Translations under genes and position numbers: made by a program
Notes under the pieces: model-generated
What the model saw: only the letters and a program-made list of their open reading frames with translations
What the model was told of the DNA's origin: nothing
The model's database searches: none
Sequence record: SRR2962707_699
DNA length: 39,938 nt
Reading direction: 5' to 3' (one strand)
Part shown: in pieces, positions 1 to 10,516 of the stretch
How positions within the stretch are numbered: position 1 is the first letter of the stretch
Layout of the letters: every line of letters begins with the position of its first letter

Positions 1-157
1 AAGAATAAAGAGAAGAGAATATAGATTTTATGTTCTTATTCTTTTGAAAATCTTTAGTTTACCAGAAACAATAAAGAATTGGACAATTTACACAATCACA
101 ACTTTGTTACTTTGAGTTAAAAGTTACAAGGAAAAAAACTGACTAAAGCCTACATTT

Positions 158-184
158 TACTGAACACTCCCGACTTCGGACTTT
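158..184. repeat. 27-bp dispersed repeat (second copy at 20697-20723)
   Basis: tactgaacactccYgacttMggacttt, 25/27 identical. Confidence 0.8.
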
Positions 185-258
185 TTTATTTCCACATTTT
201 CAAATCATCATATTGACACATTTACAAATTTGAACCTTTGCCTCTACAACCAACGGAA

Positions 259-2706
259 CTAATTAATCTTATAACAGATTATCGAGTTTTTATCGCCTAC
301 GGTAACCATTTCTAACTTTTTATCATTATCTATATCTGCTAAATCGATGGCAGAATCTCCATAGACAGGGAAGTTTTCCACTTGTTTTGCATTACTGTCA
401 AATAAATAAACCTTATGTGTTTGTTTGTCGGTTACGGTAACATAAATTTTATCGTTGATATAAAAGATTTCCGGTTTAGTGTAGATTCCAAAATCTAGCG
501 TAGCTTTATTGTTTTTAATGGTTAAAATATTTTCAGAAATAGTAGCTAACGTATTAGCTGTTGCATCAATTAAATGGTTTTCTTTCAGTCCTAATTCAAT
601 TTTATTTAATCCACCTTTTTGGTCTACCTGAATTAAATCTCCAGAAGAATTGGTAGTTGTAAACTTCTTATCATATAAATAAACTTCATTTCCAGAAAAA
701 TCTATGGATCCTCTAACACGAATCCTTAAGTCTCCTGTGCGGTGAAGAATATCTAATTTTCCATCATTTTCTTGGAGGATAATGTAATCTTTATTTCCAA
801 TACGAATATGTTTCGGACTATTAATAATAGTGTTTTCGGTTTCATCTAAAATAAAACCAGTAACCACTTTTCCGTAGCGGTCGTACATTTCTATTTTTTT
901 ACCCATTACCACCACAAAACGATAATCCTTATTATTGCTATAGTCAAAAACAGCTAGCGGTTGTGTAATGGTGTTTTTAAAATCTATAGGAAATGGAGAA
1001 ACCTCATTCCCATTTCTATCTAGAATCATCATTTTATCGGTTGTATTAAAGGCAAGTTGTAAGCGTCCATTTCTGTATAAATCAACCTGAGATATTTCGC
1101 CAATAATTTTACCGCTCAATTCTTTTTTCCATAAAACTTTTCCGTCTGTGTCAATTAGATAAAGGTTGTTTTTTACATCTTGCACAACAATTTCTTTCTT
1201 TTTGGTATGATGATTTATTGCAAACTGCGGATTCGTAGCAATATCTGCATCTAAAGTAGTACTATATAACTGTGTAATAATATTAGAACCAACGGTAGAG
1301 GTGTTTGCTTTTTTTAATAACGCATGGAAGTGTGCAAAATCTCCTTCAGCAATATATTGAAAGGCAATAAATTTATAATCTTTAAAAGATTTTTTAGCTA
1401 CCGATGCTTTAAAGTCCTCACTTAAAATAGCGCTGTCATTTTTTAGTTTTTCAAGATTCCCAATAATTAAAACAGAAGATTCATCTGCCAATTCGCTACG
1501 TAAATTTTTATAAGATGGAAGTTGAGAAAGCGTAGCACTATTTTGATAATTTGAAATAATATCTTCTAATAGGTTTATCGACTCAGCAAAAACATAAAAG
1601 TCGTCCACTTTGGCAACATAATTTGTACTAACCCCTTTTGTAATTTTCGAAAAGTGAGTCTTAATTAAGTCTGTTTTATTTATTTCCCAAATATTATAAT
1701 CTCTGTATGAAGTTTCTTCTTTTACAAATTTCTGAAGACGGTCTTCAAAATCAATATTATCTGAAGTTGTAAAAGCAAATATTTTTGTTTGCTGAAACCC
1801 AATTTCTATCATTTCTGTAGCCTTATGAAAAAGAGAATCGCTCATTTGCTTCATTTCAGACTCATTTCCATTAATTGCAGGGTATGCTATAAAATAGGTA
1901 GCATTTATAGGAACAATTTCTGAAGCAAAGCTAGTAGAGGGAGTTGTATGTTTAAAAGCATTTAAAGTGTTGTTGAGGGAGTCATTCGCTACAGCAATTC
2001 CGTTTAACTTGATATAATCTTGAGCAATGCTGGTATCAAAAGAAGTCCAATCGTTAAATTCCGTGAGATTGTTAGCTAGGCTTTTGGAAAGCACTCTTTT
2101 AAAAAAGCTAGTTCCTTTTTTATGATTAATAAAAATATTAGCAGGAACATTGTTTTGAGCTACTTGATATAATTTAGAAAGCTTTGGATTAGCTTTTAGG
2201 TGGTCTGAGTTTCTAATGATGTTTTCAATAATTAGACGAGAAGAAGAACCTATAAAGTGATTCCCAACATTGGTACTAAATAATTTCTTTCCTCCAATAC
2301 TCAGTATTTTGATGGAAGCCCCTTCATAAGTAATGGTTTCTATTTTACGATTAACTGTAGAATCAATACTGAATAAGTTATTATGATTTTTACTTATAAA
2401 GGTGTAGTTAAACTCTTCTTTTCCAATTTCATTAAAAGCAAGAATAGAAGTGCCTTTAGGATTGATATATTTTAAGGTAGTTACTAAGGAGGCAGAATTC
2501 TTATAAGAAGTACTTTCTTGAAGCAACTTGAGAAAGTCGTTATTAATTATTTCACTTTTAAAAGCTTGATAGTCGTTTATTTTAATAACAGCGGTAGCAT
2601 GTCTTGGAGTATATGAAACTAAATCTTCCGTTTGAACGGTTTCTTTTTTTGCACAAGAAAGGGTTATAAGTAGCGATAAAAATAGAATCTTAACAACAAA
2701 CTTCAT
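259..2706 (-). CDS. Large conserved hypothetical lipoprotein (possibly DUF3352-like) with probable C-terminal beta-propeller
   Basis: 815 aa ORF. Lipoprotein signal (LITLS-C). C-terminal beta-repeat and FG-GAP-like segments (LIDTDGKVLW, DLYRNGRLQ, DIDNDKKLE). Confidence 0.6.
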   Translation of the reverse strand: MKFVVKILFLSLLITLSCAKKETVQTEDLVSYTPRHATAVIKINDYQAFKSEIINNDFLKLLQESTSYKNSASLVTTLKYINPKGTSILAFNEIGKEEFNYTFISKNHNNLFSIDSTVNRKIETITYEGASIKILSIGGKKLFSTNVGNHFIGSSSRLIIENIIRNSDHLKANPKLSKLYQVAQNNVPANIFINHKKGTSFFKRVLSKSLANNLTEFNDWTSFDTSIAQDYIKLNGIAVANDSLNNTLNAFKHTTPSTSFASEIVPINATYFIAYPAINGNESEMKQMSDSLFHKATEMIEIGFQQTKIFAFTTSDNIDFEDRLQKFVKEETSYRDYNIWEINKTDLIKTHFSKITKGVSTNYVAKVDDFYVFAESINLLEDIISNYQNSATLSQLPSYKNLRSELADESSVLIIGNLEKLKNDSAILSEDFKASVAKKSFKDYKFIAFQYIAEGDFAHFHALLKKANTSTVGSNIITQLYSTTLDADIATNPQFAINHHTKKKEIVVQDVKNNLYLIDTDGKVLWKKELSGKIIGEISQVDLYRNGRLQLAFNTTDKMMILDRNGNEVSPFPIDFKNTITQPLAVFDYSNNKDYRFVVVMGKKIEMYDRYGKVVTGFILDETENTIINSPKHIRIGNKDYIILQENDGKLDILHRTGDLRIRVRGSIDFSGNEVYLYDKKFTTTNSSGDLIQVDQKGGLNKIELGLKENHLIDATANTLATISENILTIKNNKATLDFGIYTKPEIFYINDKIYVTVTDKQTHKVYLFDSNAKQVENFPVYGDSAIDLADIDNDKKLEMVTVGDKNSIICYKIN

Positions 2707-2725
2707 GGATACTTTAATTTTTTAG

Positions 2726-2733
2726 CAAAAATA
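2726..2733 (-). promoter_or_regulatory. Bacteroidota sigma-70 -7 box (TATTTTTG) for the lipoprotein gene
   Basis: Matches TAnnTTTG about 20 nt upstream of the start codon. Confidence 0.55.
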
Positions 2734-2982
2734 GAGTTTAACGATAAAAAAAGTACAAAAATATGTTAAGACTTGATTTTTTGGATTTATAAAAAAAACT
2801 TTTTCTGACTAATTTTTTTGATAATCAGATACTATTGTAAGTTTTTTCTTTTAATAATGAAGAAATATGAATAATTGTGTTGTTTAAAATCTTTTAAATA
2901 CGTAATATTTTATATGCATTTTTTTGTTTTTATTAAGAAAAAATTATGATATTGTAAGATGCTAAATTCAAATTAATTAAAT

Positions 2983-5900
2983 ATGAGATCAAAGTTTACT
3001 TGGATGCTAACGTTTTTTATGGCGTTAGTTTTACAGTTCTCCTATGCGCAGGAGAAGACAATTACAGGTATGGTGACAGACCAAGATGGTTTGCCGTTAC
3101 CTGGAGCAAATGTAACTGTTAAGGGTACGTCCACAGGTACTCAAACAGATTTTGATGGAAATTATTCAATTTCTACAGCTGTGGGGAGTAAATTAGTTTA
3201 TTCGTATGTTGGTCAGAAAACTGTTGAGAAAACAGTTGGAGCAGCAAGTACAATCAACGTAGTTTTAGAGCAAGATGCTCAGGCACTAGATGAGGTAGTT
3301 GTATTAGGATATGCTACTTCTAGTAAAGCCGAATTAACAGGATCAACTGTTCAAGTTGATGCTGCAGATATTGAGCAAGTTCCAGTAGCCTCTGTAGATC
3401 AGGTGTTACAAGGTAAAGTTGCTGGTTTAGTAATGAATAACTCTTCTGGTACACCGGGTTCTACTGCAGATATCCGTATTAGAGGTGTTAGTTCTATTAC
3501 AGCAGGGAATAATCCTTTATATGTTATTGATGGGGTTCCTGTAGCAAATACAGATAATGCTGATAATCAAAATTCTGGTTCTTCATTGTCTCCTTTAGCA
3601 AGTATTAGTAGTAACAATATTGAAAGTATTACAGTGCTTAAAGATGCTTCTGCTACTGCTGCTTATGGTGCACGTGGTGCTAATGGGGTTATTGTAATTA
3701 CTACTAAAAAAGGTAGAGAAGGAAAAACAGCTATTAGTTTTAACACTTCATATGGTTTTTCTAATGATGCTGTAGATGGACCAGACGTATTAACAGGGGC
3801 AGAAAGAGAAATGTTATTTTATGAGTCTTTATACAACTCTTATGGGGTTAGTGATGGTTTTTCTAGAGATGGAGCGAAACAACATTATGAAGATAATTTA
3901 GGATTATATGGTTCTGCATACTATGATTGGAATCAAGCAGGGAGACCTGAAGCAAATTGGGACGAAGTAGTAACAAATAAAGATGCAGCTTTTAGAGAGT
4001 ATAACCTTTCAGCTAGTGGAGGTAATGAAAATCATAATTTCTATGCTTCATTAGGATATTTTAATCAAGAAGCAACTGTTATTGGTTCTGAATTTGAAAG
4101 AATTTCTGGACAGTTAAATTTTCAGAAATCATTAAATAGCAAATTAAAGTTTTCAACAAACAATAGTGCATCACATTCTTATCAAGATGGATTGTTAGAA
4201 ACGAGTTCATATTTCTCTTCGCCTAGAACAGTTAAGTTTTTCGCTCCTCCAATAGAGCAACCATATGATGAAGATGGAGAAATCAACTTAAATACAACAT
4301 TGCCTAACCCGTTATGGATTGCGCAAGAAGACATTGATGATTCTCAGTTAGTTAGAATTTTATCTAATAACTCATTAGAATGGGAAACACCTATAGAGAA
4401 TTTAAGATTTACTACACGTACAAATATTGATTATCAAGTATATAACTATAAACGTTACCGTAATAGAATTGATGGTGATGGAGCTAGTACAAATGGCTAT
4501 GGTTGGCAATCTCATAGTAGTAGAGCTAACTATGTATTCCAGAACTATTTAGATTATACTTGGAATGTGTCAGATGAGCATTCTATTGACTTTAAAGCAT
4601 TACAAGAGTATCAAAAAAATAGATATTATTATTTAGAGGCAGATGGAGATTCATTCTCTGATGATGGATTAACTAATTTAAATTCATCTGGTAATCCAAC
4701 TACTGCTAATTCTTATTTTACAGATTGGTCAATTGCTTCATACATGGGACTTCTACACTATAGTGGTTTTAATGGACGTTATGTTTTTGATGCTACCTAT
4801 AGAAGAGAAGGAAACTCTCGTTTCGCCGATGATAATAGATGGGGGAACTTCTGGTCTGTTGGTGGAGCTTGGAACATTCATAGAGAAGCTTTTCTTGCAG
4901 ATAGTAATGTAATAAGTAATTTAAAATTAAGAGCTTCTTATGGAGTCACTGGTAATGCTAACATTGACTTGAATTTGTATCAATCGTTATTAAATTACGA
5001 TTCAGATTATGCAGGTACTGGAGCATCTTATCCTGGAACTTTTGGGAATCAGAATCTTTCTTGGGAGACCTCTCATACTTATGATATAGGCGCGGATTTC
5101 GGTTTCTTTAACAATAGAATTACAGCTAATGTTGGTTATTACTATAGAGAGTCAAAAGATTTATTGCTTGAGGTTCCACTTTCTTTGACAACCAGTTTTG
5201 AAGAGCAAACACAGAATGTTGGTAGAATGGAGAATAAAGGTTTAGAGTTAGAAGTAAACTTTGATATTATCCGTTCACAAAACTTCAATTTATCTCTTGG
5301 AGGTAATATGGCAACTAACGAGAATAAAGTGTTAGAAACGGCAACAGATGGAACAGGAGAGCCAATTAATATAACTACAGGAACACGTAGAGTTGAGGCT
5401 GGACATCCAGTTTATGGATGGTATATGGTTTCTTACGCAGGAGTTAATCCAGATACTGGAGTTGACGAGTGGTATACAGATGGAGAAGGGAGTGCTACTA
5501 CTACAACTTGGTCTCAAGCTAATCAAGTATGGCAAGGAGAAAGTGCTTTACCAACGCTTACGGCAGGTTTGAATTTGCATATTGATGCTTATGGTTTTTT
5601 CTTAGATGCTAATGGATATTATGCAGGTGGACACAAAGTATTTGAAGATTGGACACGTTATACCAATGGTACAGATAGATTTTCATTAGATCTTTACAAT
5701 GGAGTAGATGCATTGCTTGACAGATGGCAAGAACCAGGAGATATAGCTAGATTTCCTAAAATGGAGTATACTGCAAAACCATGGCAAAACAGTAATAAGT
5801 TTTTATATGAAGGAGATTTTATTCGTCTAAGAAATTTAACTTTTGGTTATGACTTTAATCAAAAAATTACTGAAACTATTGGAATAGATGGATTAAGGTT

Positions 5901-6042
5901 ATTCTTAAGAGGAACTAATCTTTACACATGGGTGAAAGATGATCGTTTAAAATACGATCCAGAGACAGCAGCAGATGGATTTACAAGTTTGACAACACCA
6001 CCTGTTAAATCATTCATTTTTGGATTAAACGTTAAATTTTAA
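2983..6042 (+). CDS. susC: SusC/RagA family TonB-dependent outer membrane transporter
   Basis: Signal peptide, N-terminal carboxypeptidase-regulatory-like domain, LDEVVV TonB-box region, PLYVIDGVP, LKDASATAAYGARGANGVIVITTK signature, C-terminal Phe. Confidence 0.95.
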   Translation: MRSKFTWMLTFFMALVLQFSYAQEKTITGMVTDQDGLPLPGANVTVKGTSTGTQTDFDGNYSISTAVGSKLVYSYVGQKTVEKTVGAASTINVVLEQDAQALDEVVVLGYATSSKAELTGSTVQVDAADIEQVPVASVDQVLQGKVAGLVMNNSSGTPGSTADIRIRGVSSITAGNNPLYVIDGVPVANTDNADNQNSGSSLSPLASISSNNIESITVLKDASATAAYGARGANGVIVITTKKGREGKTAISFNTSYGFSNDAVDGPDVLTGAEREMLFYESLYNSYGVSDGFSRDGAKQHYEDNLGLYGSAYYDWNQAGRPEANWDEVVTNKDAAFREYNLSASGGNENHNFYASLGYFNQEATVIGSEFERISGQLNFQKSLNSKLKFSTNNSASHSYQDGLLETSSYFSSPRTVKFFAPPIEQPYDEDGEINLNTTLPNPLWIAQEDIDDSQLVRILSNNSLEWETPIENLRFTTRTNIDYQVYNYKRYRNRIDGDGASTNGYGWQSHSSRANYVFQNYLDYTWNVSDEHSIDFKALQEYQKNRYYYLEADGDSFSDDGLTNLNSSGNPTTANSYFTDWSIASYMGLLHYSGFNGRYVFDATYRREGNSRFADDNRWGNFWSVGGAWNIHREAFLADSNVISNLKLRASYGVTGNANIDLNLYQSLLNYDSDYAGTGASYPGTFGNQNLSWETSHTYDIGADFGFFNNRITANVGYYYRESKDLLLEVPLSLTTSFEEQTQNVGRMENKGLELEVNFDIIRSQNFNLSLGGNMATNENKVLETATDGTGEPINITTGTRRVEAGHPVYGWYMVSYAGVNPDTGVDEWYTDGEGSATTTTWSQANQVWQGESALPTLTAGLNLHIDAYGFFLDANGYYAGGHKVFEDWTRYTNGTDRFSLDLYNGVDALLDRWQEPGDIARFPKMEYTAKPWQNSNKFLYEGDFIRLRNLTFGYDFNQKITETIGIDGLRLFLRGTNLYTWVKDDRLKYDPETAADGFTSLTTPPVKSFIFGLNVKF

Positions 6043-6048
6043 AAAATT

Positions 6049-7449
6049 ATGAAGAGAATTAATTTTATATATAAAGTAGCATTTGTAGCGGTATCCCTAG
6101 TTGGGTTAAACTCGTGTACTACAGATGACTTAGATCCTTCTACCGAACAGAATAAACCTGTAGAAGGGGGAATAACTACGGTAAGTAACCTTGAAGGAAT
6201 TATTAAAGGAGCTTATAGCGCAATGACCTCAAGTGAATATTATGGTAGAGACTATATCATAACAAATGAGGTAAGAACAGATAACTGTTTTGCTAATGGT
6301 AGTTCTGGGCGTTTTACTACAGAAGCTCAAATGGCATATAATGAGAACAATGATTATATCTGGGATAATGCTTATGATGTGATAGCATCTGCAAATATTG
6401 TTATTAATCAGGATGTTAGTGTGCTTGAAGGGGATTTAGATTATGCAAAACACCTTCAAGGTCAAGCATATACCCTTAGAGCTTTAGCGCATTTCGATTT
6501 GTTGAAGTCATATGGTCAAATGCATGCTGGAGGAACACTTGGAGTTCCATATGTAACTGAATTTAAAGGAGAGGATTTATTCCCTAGTAGAAATACAATT
6601 GAAGAAAACAAAACAGCAATTGCAGCAGACTTTCAAGCTGGATTTGATATGATGAGCACTGCTTATAATGATTCTTCAAAAGAATTCTTAAATAAATATG
6701 CTGCAAAAGCTTTACAATCTAGATTTAATGTATATTTTGGAATGTGGCCAGAAGCTAAGACCGCGGCAGAAGCTGTAATTAACTCAAAGTTATATTCAGT
6801 TTTATCTGCTAGTGATTTTGTAGGATCTTGGACACAAGATGGATCTTCAAATTCAATCTTTGAATTAGCTTATAGTGCAACAGATAACCAAGGAATTAAT
6901 GGACTTGCTTATATCTATAGATTAGGTCCAGCAGGTAGTTATGGAGATATTCAGGTTATTGATGAGGTTGCAACCCTTTTTGAAGATACAGACGTTAGAG
7001 GACTCTTACCAGATGACGATGATGAGCCAACAGGAATTTTAGGATATGAAGATAATATGTTGAGAAACATAGGGAAGTATCCAGACAATAGAGGGTATGA
7101 TAATGTTCCTGTAATTCGTTATGAAGAAGTAATCCTTAACTATGCTGAGGCATTATTAGAAACAGGTGGAGATGCTTTAACGCAATTAAATATGATTCCT
7201 TCAAACAGAGGAGCTACTCCTTATACTTCTGCAACAAAGGAAAACATCCTTTTGGAGAGAAGAAAAGAATTGATGTTTGAAGGTTTCCGTTTTGATGATT
7301 TTGTACGAAATGGAATGGGAGTGGAGAAAGTTTCACCTCAACAAAATTTATTAAGTACAGTTCCTTATGGGGATTATAGATTAGCATACCCTATCACAAA
7401 TGCAGAAACAAATGCTAACTCTAATATTGTTCAAAATGACCAATATTAA
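6049..7449 (+). CDS. susD: SusD/RagB family nutrient-binding lipoprotein
   Basis: Lipobox (LNS-C). LRALAHFDL, IRYEEVILNYAEA and ERRKELMFEGFRFDD motifs. 6 nt after susC. Confidence 0.93.
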   Translation: MKRINFIYKVAFVAVSLVGLNSCTTDDLDPSTEQNKPVEGGITTVSNLEGIIKGAYSAMTSSEYYGRDYIITNEVRTDNCFANGSSGRFTTEAQMAYNENNDYIWDNAYDVIASANIVINQDVSVLEGDLDYAKHLQGQAYTLRALAHFDLLKSYGQMHAGGTLGVPYVTEFKGEDLFPSRNTIEENKTAIAADFQAGFDMMSTAYNDSSKEFLNKYAAKALQSRFNVYFGMWPEAKTAAEAVINSKLYSVLSASDFVGSWTQDGSSNSIFELAYSATDNQGINGLAYIYRLGPAGSYGDIQVIDEVATLFEDTDVRGLLPDDDDEPTGILGYEDNMLRNIGKYPDNRGYDNVPVIRYEEVILNYAEALLETGGDALTQLNMIPSNRGATPYTSATKENILLERRKELMFEGFRFDDFVRNGMGVEKVSPQQNLLSTVPYGDYRLAYPITNAETNANSNIVQNDQY

Positions 7450-7486
7450 ATAAACTTTTTATTTGAATTAATTGCTAATTAATTCC

Positions 7487-7518
7487 AAACCCACCAGATT
7501 CACTGGTGGGTTTTTTTT
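7487..7518 (+). terminator. Intrinsic terminator after the first susCD pair
   Basis: aaacccaccag-attca-ctggtgggttt hairpin followed by a T-run. Confidence 0.85.
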
Positions 7519-7694
7519 ACTTCTACTTTTTTTCTCTTCCCACAGTTTTGTAATCATTACTTCTAGGTAGGTGTAGTCTGTCTTATAATTTAAGTAAGTT
7601 GATATGTGTTATATTCTATATTTTGTAGAATATTTGTCTCTTTTTAAGAAATATTTCACATATTAGTGCACGCTAAATTCAAATTAATTAAAAT

Positions 7695-10505
7695 ATGAGA
7701 TCAAAATTTACTTGGATGCTAACGCTATTTATTGCGTTAGTTTTACAGTTTTCCTATGCGCAGGAAAAAACTATTACAGGGGTGGTATCAGACCAAGATG
7801 GTTTGCCATTGCCTGGAGCAAATGTTACCGTTAAAGGTACAACCAACGGTACTCAAACAGATTTTGATGGCTATTATTCTATCGATGTTTCTGTAGGTAA
7901 GGTAGTAGTGTATTCTTTTATTGGACAAAAAACAGTTGAAAAAACTGTTGGTTCACAAAATGTTTTAAACATAACTTTAGAGCAGGATGCACAAGCATTG
8001 GATGAGGTAATAGTGACTGGACAAGGTGCAGGGATACAAAGAAAGAGATTGTCTACAACAGTAGATGTTGTTGATGCAGAGACTATAGATCGTTTGCCTT
8101 CAGGTCAAATAGATCAAATCTTGCAATCTAATACGCCTAGTGCACAAATCAGAATTAGTTCGGGTCAACCAGGAACAGCAGCGATCATAAGAACTAGAGG
8201 TCCTATTAGTGCCGCATCTTCTTCAACACCAGTTGTTATTGTAGATGGAATCAGGGTAGATAATTTAAATTCAAATGCAGAGTTAGGTTTGGACACTGGT
8301 GGAGCTAATGTATCTGCCTTAGCAGATATACCTGTTGAGTCAATTGAAAAAATTGAATATATTAAAGGTGGTGCGGCAACAACATTATATGGAGCTGATG
8401 CTGCTAATGGGGTTATCCAGATAATTACAAAAAAAGGAAAAGCAGGAAAGTCAACGTTTTATTATGAGAATAGATTAGGAGTGATTTCTGGAACAAAAGA
8501 TTATCTTAAATATGATAGAACAGGGGAAGCGTTATTTAGTGAAGGATTGTCAATTGAACATAAAGTAGGTGTTTATGGAGGTACTGAAAAATTCACTTAT
8601 AATTTTACAGGAAGCTTATATGAAGATGATTCATTTACAGATGTAAACCAACAAGTTAAACGGAATTTAGCATTTGGGTTTAGCGCCCAAATTACTGATA
8701 AGCTTAAGTATCAAGGTTCTTTTTCTTATGTAGGCTTTGATTCTACACTGGATTATAATGCTAATACGTCTTTTGGAAGATTTTCAAATGCTGAAGGAGG
8801 CTCATATGGTAATCTAGATGAGCTTCCTGAAGAAGAGTGGCAGTCTCGTTTGGAGAATTTAGATGAAATAGCACCACTTGTTGATATAACTAGGGTTATA
8901 AATAGGTTTACTGCATCCAACAAGTTTACTTATGATATTACAAGCAAATTTCAAACAAATGCAACATTTGGTGTAGATCAACGAAGCTCCGTAGATCAAG
9001 CTATTCAAAGTAATGAATTACAAATAGTTTTGGGAAGTAAAAATCCAGGAACTACAGATCAAGCGGAAATGGATAGATCATTGAGGTCTTCATTTACAGT
9101 TACTGCGGATTTAAACTTTACGCATAAAGCGAATACAGAAAATTTTTCTTTTGTCACTATATTGGGGACTCAGTTTTTTAGATCATCAGATAAACAAAAT
9201 TTAATATCAGGTACTGGAGGTGTTGATGGAACTTCATCTATTAATAATTTTGCGACAAAAACAGCCGAGGACTTTGTGTTGGAGAATGCTAATTACGGAT
9301 TGTATTTTTTAGAAAATATTGGTGTATATAATGTTGCTTATTTAGAGTTCGGAGGTAGATTGGATAAAAATACATCAGCTGGAAAAAATACGAATGCAAT
9401 CTTTTTGCCAAAAATTGGGCTGACTTATAACATCTCAGATCATGATTTTTATAGAAATAGCAGTATATCAAATGCTATATCTAATATAAAATTAAGAGCA
9501 AATTATGGAGAGGCAACTAATTTTGCTGAGCCATTTTCTCAAGACAAGACTTTTGCATTAGAATCGTTTTTAAACGTACCGGCATTTAGATTTGATAATC
9601 CGGGGAATCCTTACCTAAAGTCCGAAATTGTTAAGACATATGAATTTGGATTGGAATTAGGTTTTTTAGACAATAGGATTAATATTGGAGCAACAAGATA
9701 TGTAGCAAAAACAGAAGATGCTTTATTTACTCCTGGAGCACCGCCTTCTTCAGGGCAACTCAATCAAATACAGAACATAGGGGAAATAGAAAATAAAGGG
9801 TGGGAATTTGCATTAAACACAGCAATTCTAAAAAATGAGAATCACAAGTTAGATTTAAATCTTTCCTATAATTACAACCGAAATAAAGTGGTAAGTTCTG
9901 GTGGAAGTGCACCCTTTAATGTAGGAGGTTTTACTGTTGTTGGTTCTTGGATCGAAGAAGGTCAAAGCTTGGGTTATTTAAGAGGAAATGCAGCATATGA
10001 ACAATCAGATGGGACTTTTGAATTTGTAGCAAATGAGAATTTAGGAGATACTTTTGCTCCTAGCTTTGGATCAATGAGTTTGAATTATAGTTATAAAAAT
10101 TTCAACTTCTTTGCTACCGGAGATTATCAATTTGGAGGGAAGATTGTAGACTTAAGTTTTTTATTAAGAGTATTAGGAGGAGTTGATTATGAAGGGATTC
10201 CAGATGCTTTAGCTGGACAAACTAGCCCTTTTAATTATGTCAATTATGTAACTTTTGATAATGATTTCTTGAAGATAAGAAACATTGGTGCTTCATACAG
10301 GTTTGGAGAGCTCTTAAAGCCATTTTCTGATATGATCTTTGGTCTTTCAGTAACGAATCCATTTAATTGGACAGCTGGAAATTTTGACCCTGAAGTAACA
10401 GGATCTGGTATTGGAGATCAAAATGCATTTTCTAGTGGGGGATTTGCTTATGGAACTGAGTCAGCACCAAGAATTTTTATGACATCACTTAAATTTCAAT
10501 TCTAA
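7695..10505 (+). CDS. Second, divergent SusC-like TonB-dependent transporter
   Basis: Same N-terminus as the first SusC, KGGAATTLYGADAANGVIQIITKKG plug signature, NIGEIENKGWE, C-terminal Phe. Confidence 0.92.
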   Translation: MRSKFTWMLTLFIALVLQFSYAQEKTITGVVSDQDGLPLPGANVTVKGTTNGTQTDFDGYYSIDVSVGKVVVYSFIGQKTVEKTVGSQNVLNITLEQDAQALDEVIVTGQGAGIQRKRLSTTVDVVDAETIDRLPSGQIDQILQSNTPSAQIRISSGQPGTAAIIRTRGPISAASSSTPVVIVDGIRVDNLNSNAELGLDTGGANVSALADIPVESIEKIEYIKGGAATTLYGADAANGVIQIITKKGKAGKSTFYYENRLGVISGTKDYLKYDRTGEALFSEGLSIEHKVGVYGGTEKFTYNFTGSLYEDDSFTDVNQQVKRNLAFGFSAQITDKLKYQGSFSYVGFDSTLDYNANTSFGRFSNAEGGSYGNLDELPEEEWQSRLENLDEIAPLVDITRVINRFTASNKFTYDITSKFQTNATFGVDQRSSVDQAIQSNELQIVLGSKNPGTTDQAEMDRSLRSSFTVTADLNFTHKANTENFSFVTILGTQFFRSSDKQNLISGTGGVDGTSSINNFATKTAEDFVLENANYGLYFLENIGVYNVAYLEFGGRLDKNTSAGKNTNAIFLPKIGLTYNISDHDFYRNSSISNAISNIKLRANYGEATNFAEPFSQDKTFALESFLNVPAFRFDNPGNPYLKSEIVKTYEFGLELGFLDNRINIGATRYVAKTEDALFTPGAPPSSGQLNQIQNIGEIENKGWEFALNTAILKNENHKLDLNLSYNYNRNKVVSSGGSAPFNVGGFTVVGSWIEEGQSLGYLRGNAAYEQSDGTFEFVANENLGDTFAPSFGSMSLNYSYKNFNFFATGDYQFGGKIVDLSFLLRVLGGVDYEGIPDALAGQTSPFNYVNYVTFDNDFLKIRNIGASYRFGELLKPFSDMIFGLSVTNPFNWTAGNFDPEVTGSGIGDQNAFSSGGFAYGTESAPRIFMTSLKFQF

Positions 10506-10516
10506 ATAAAGATAAA

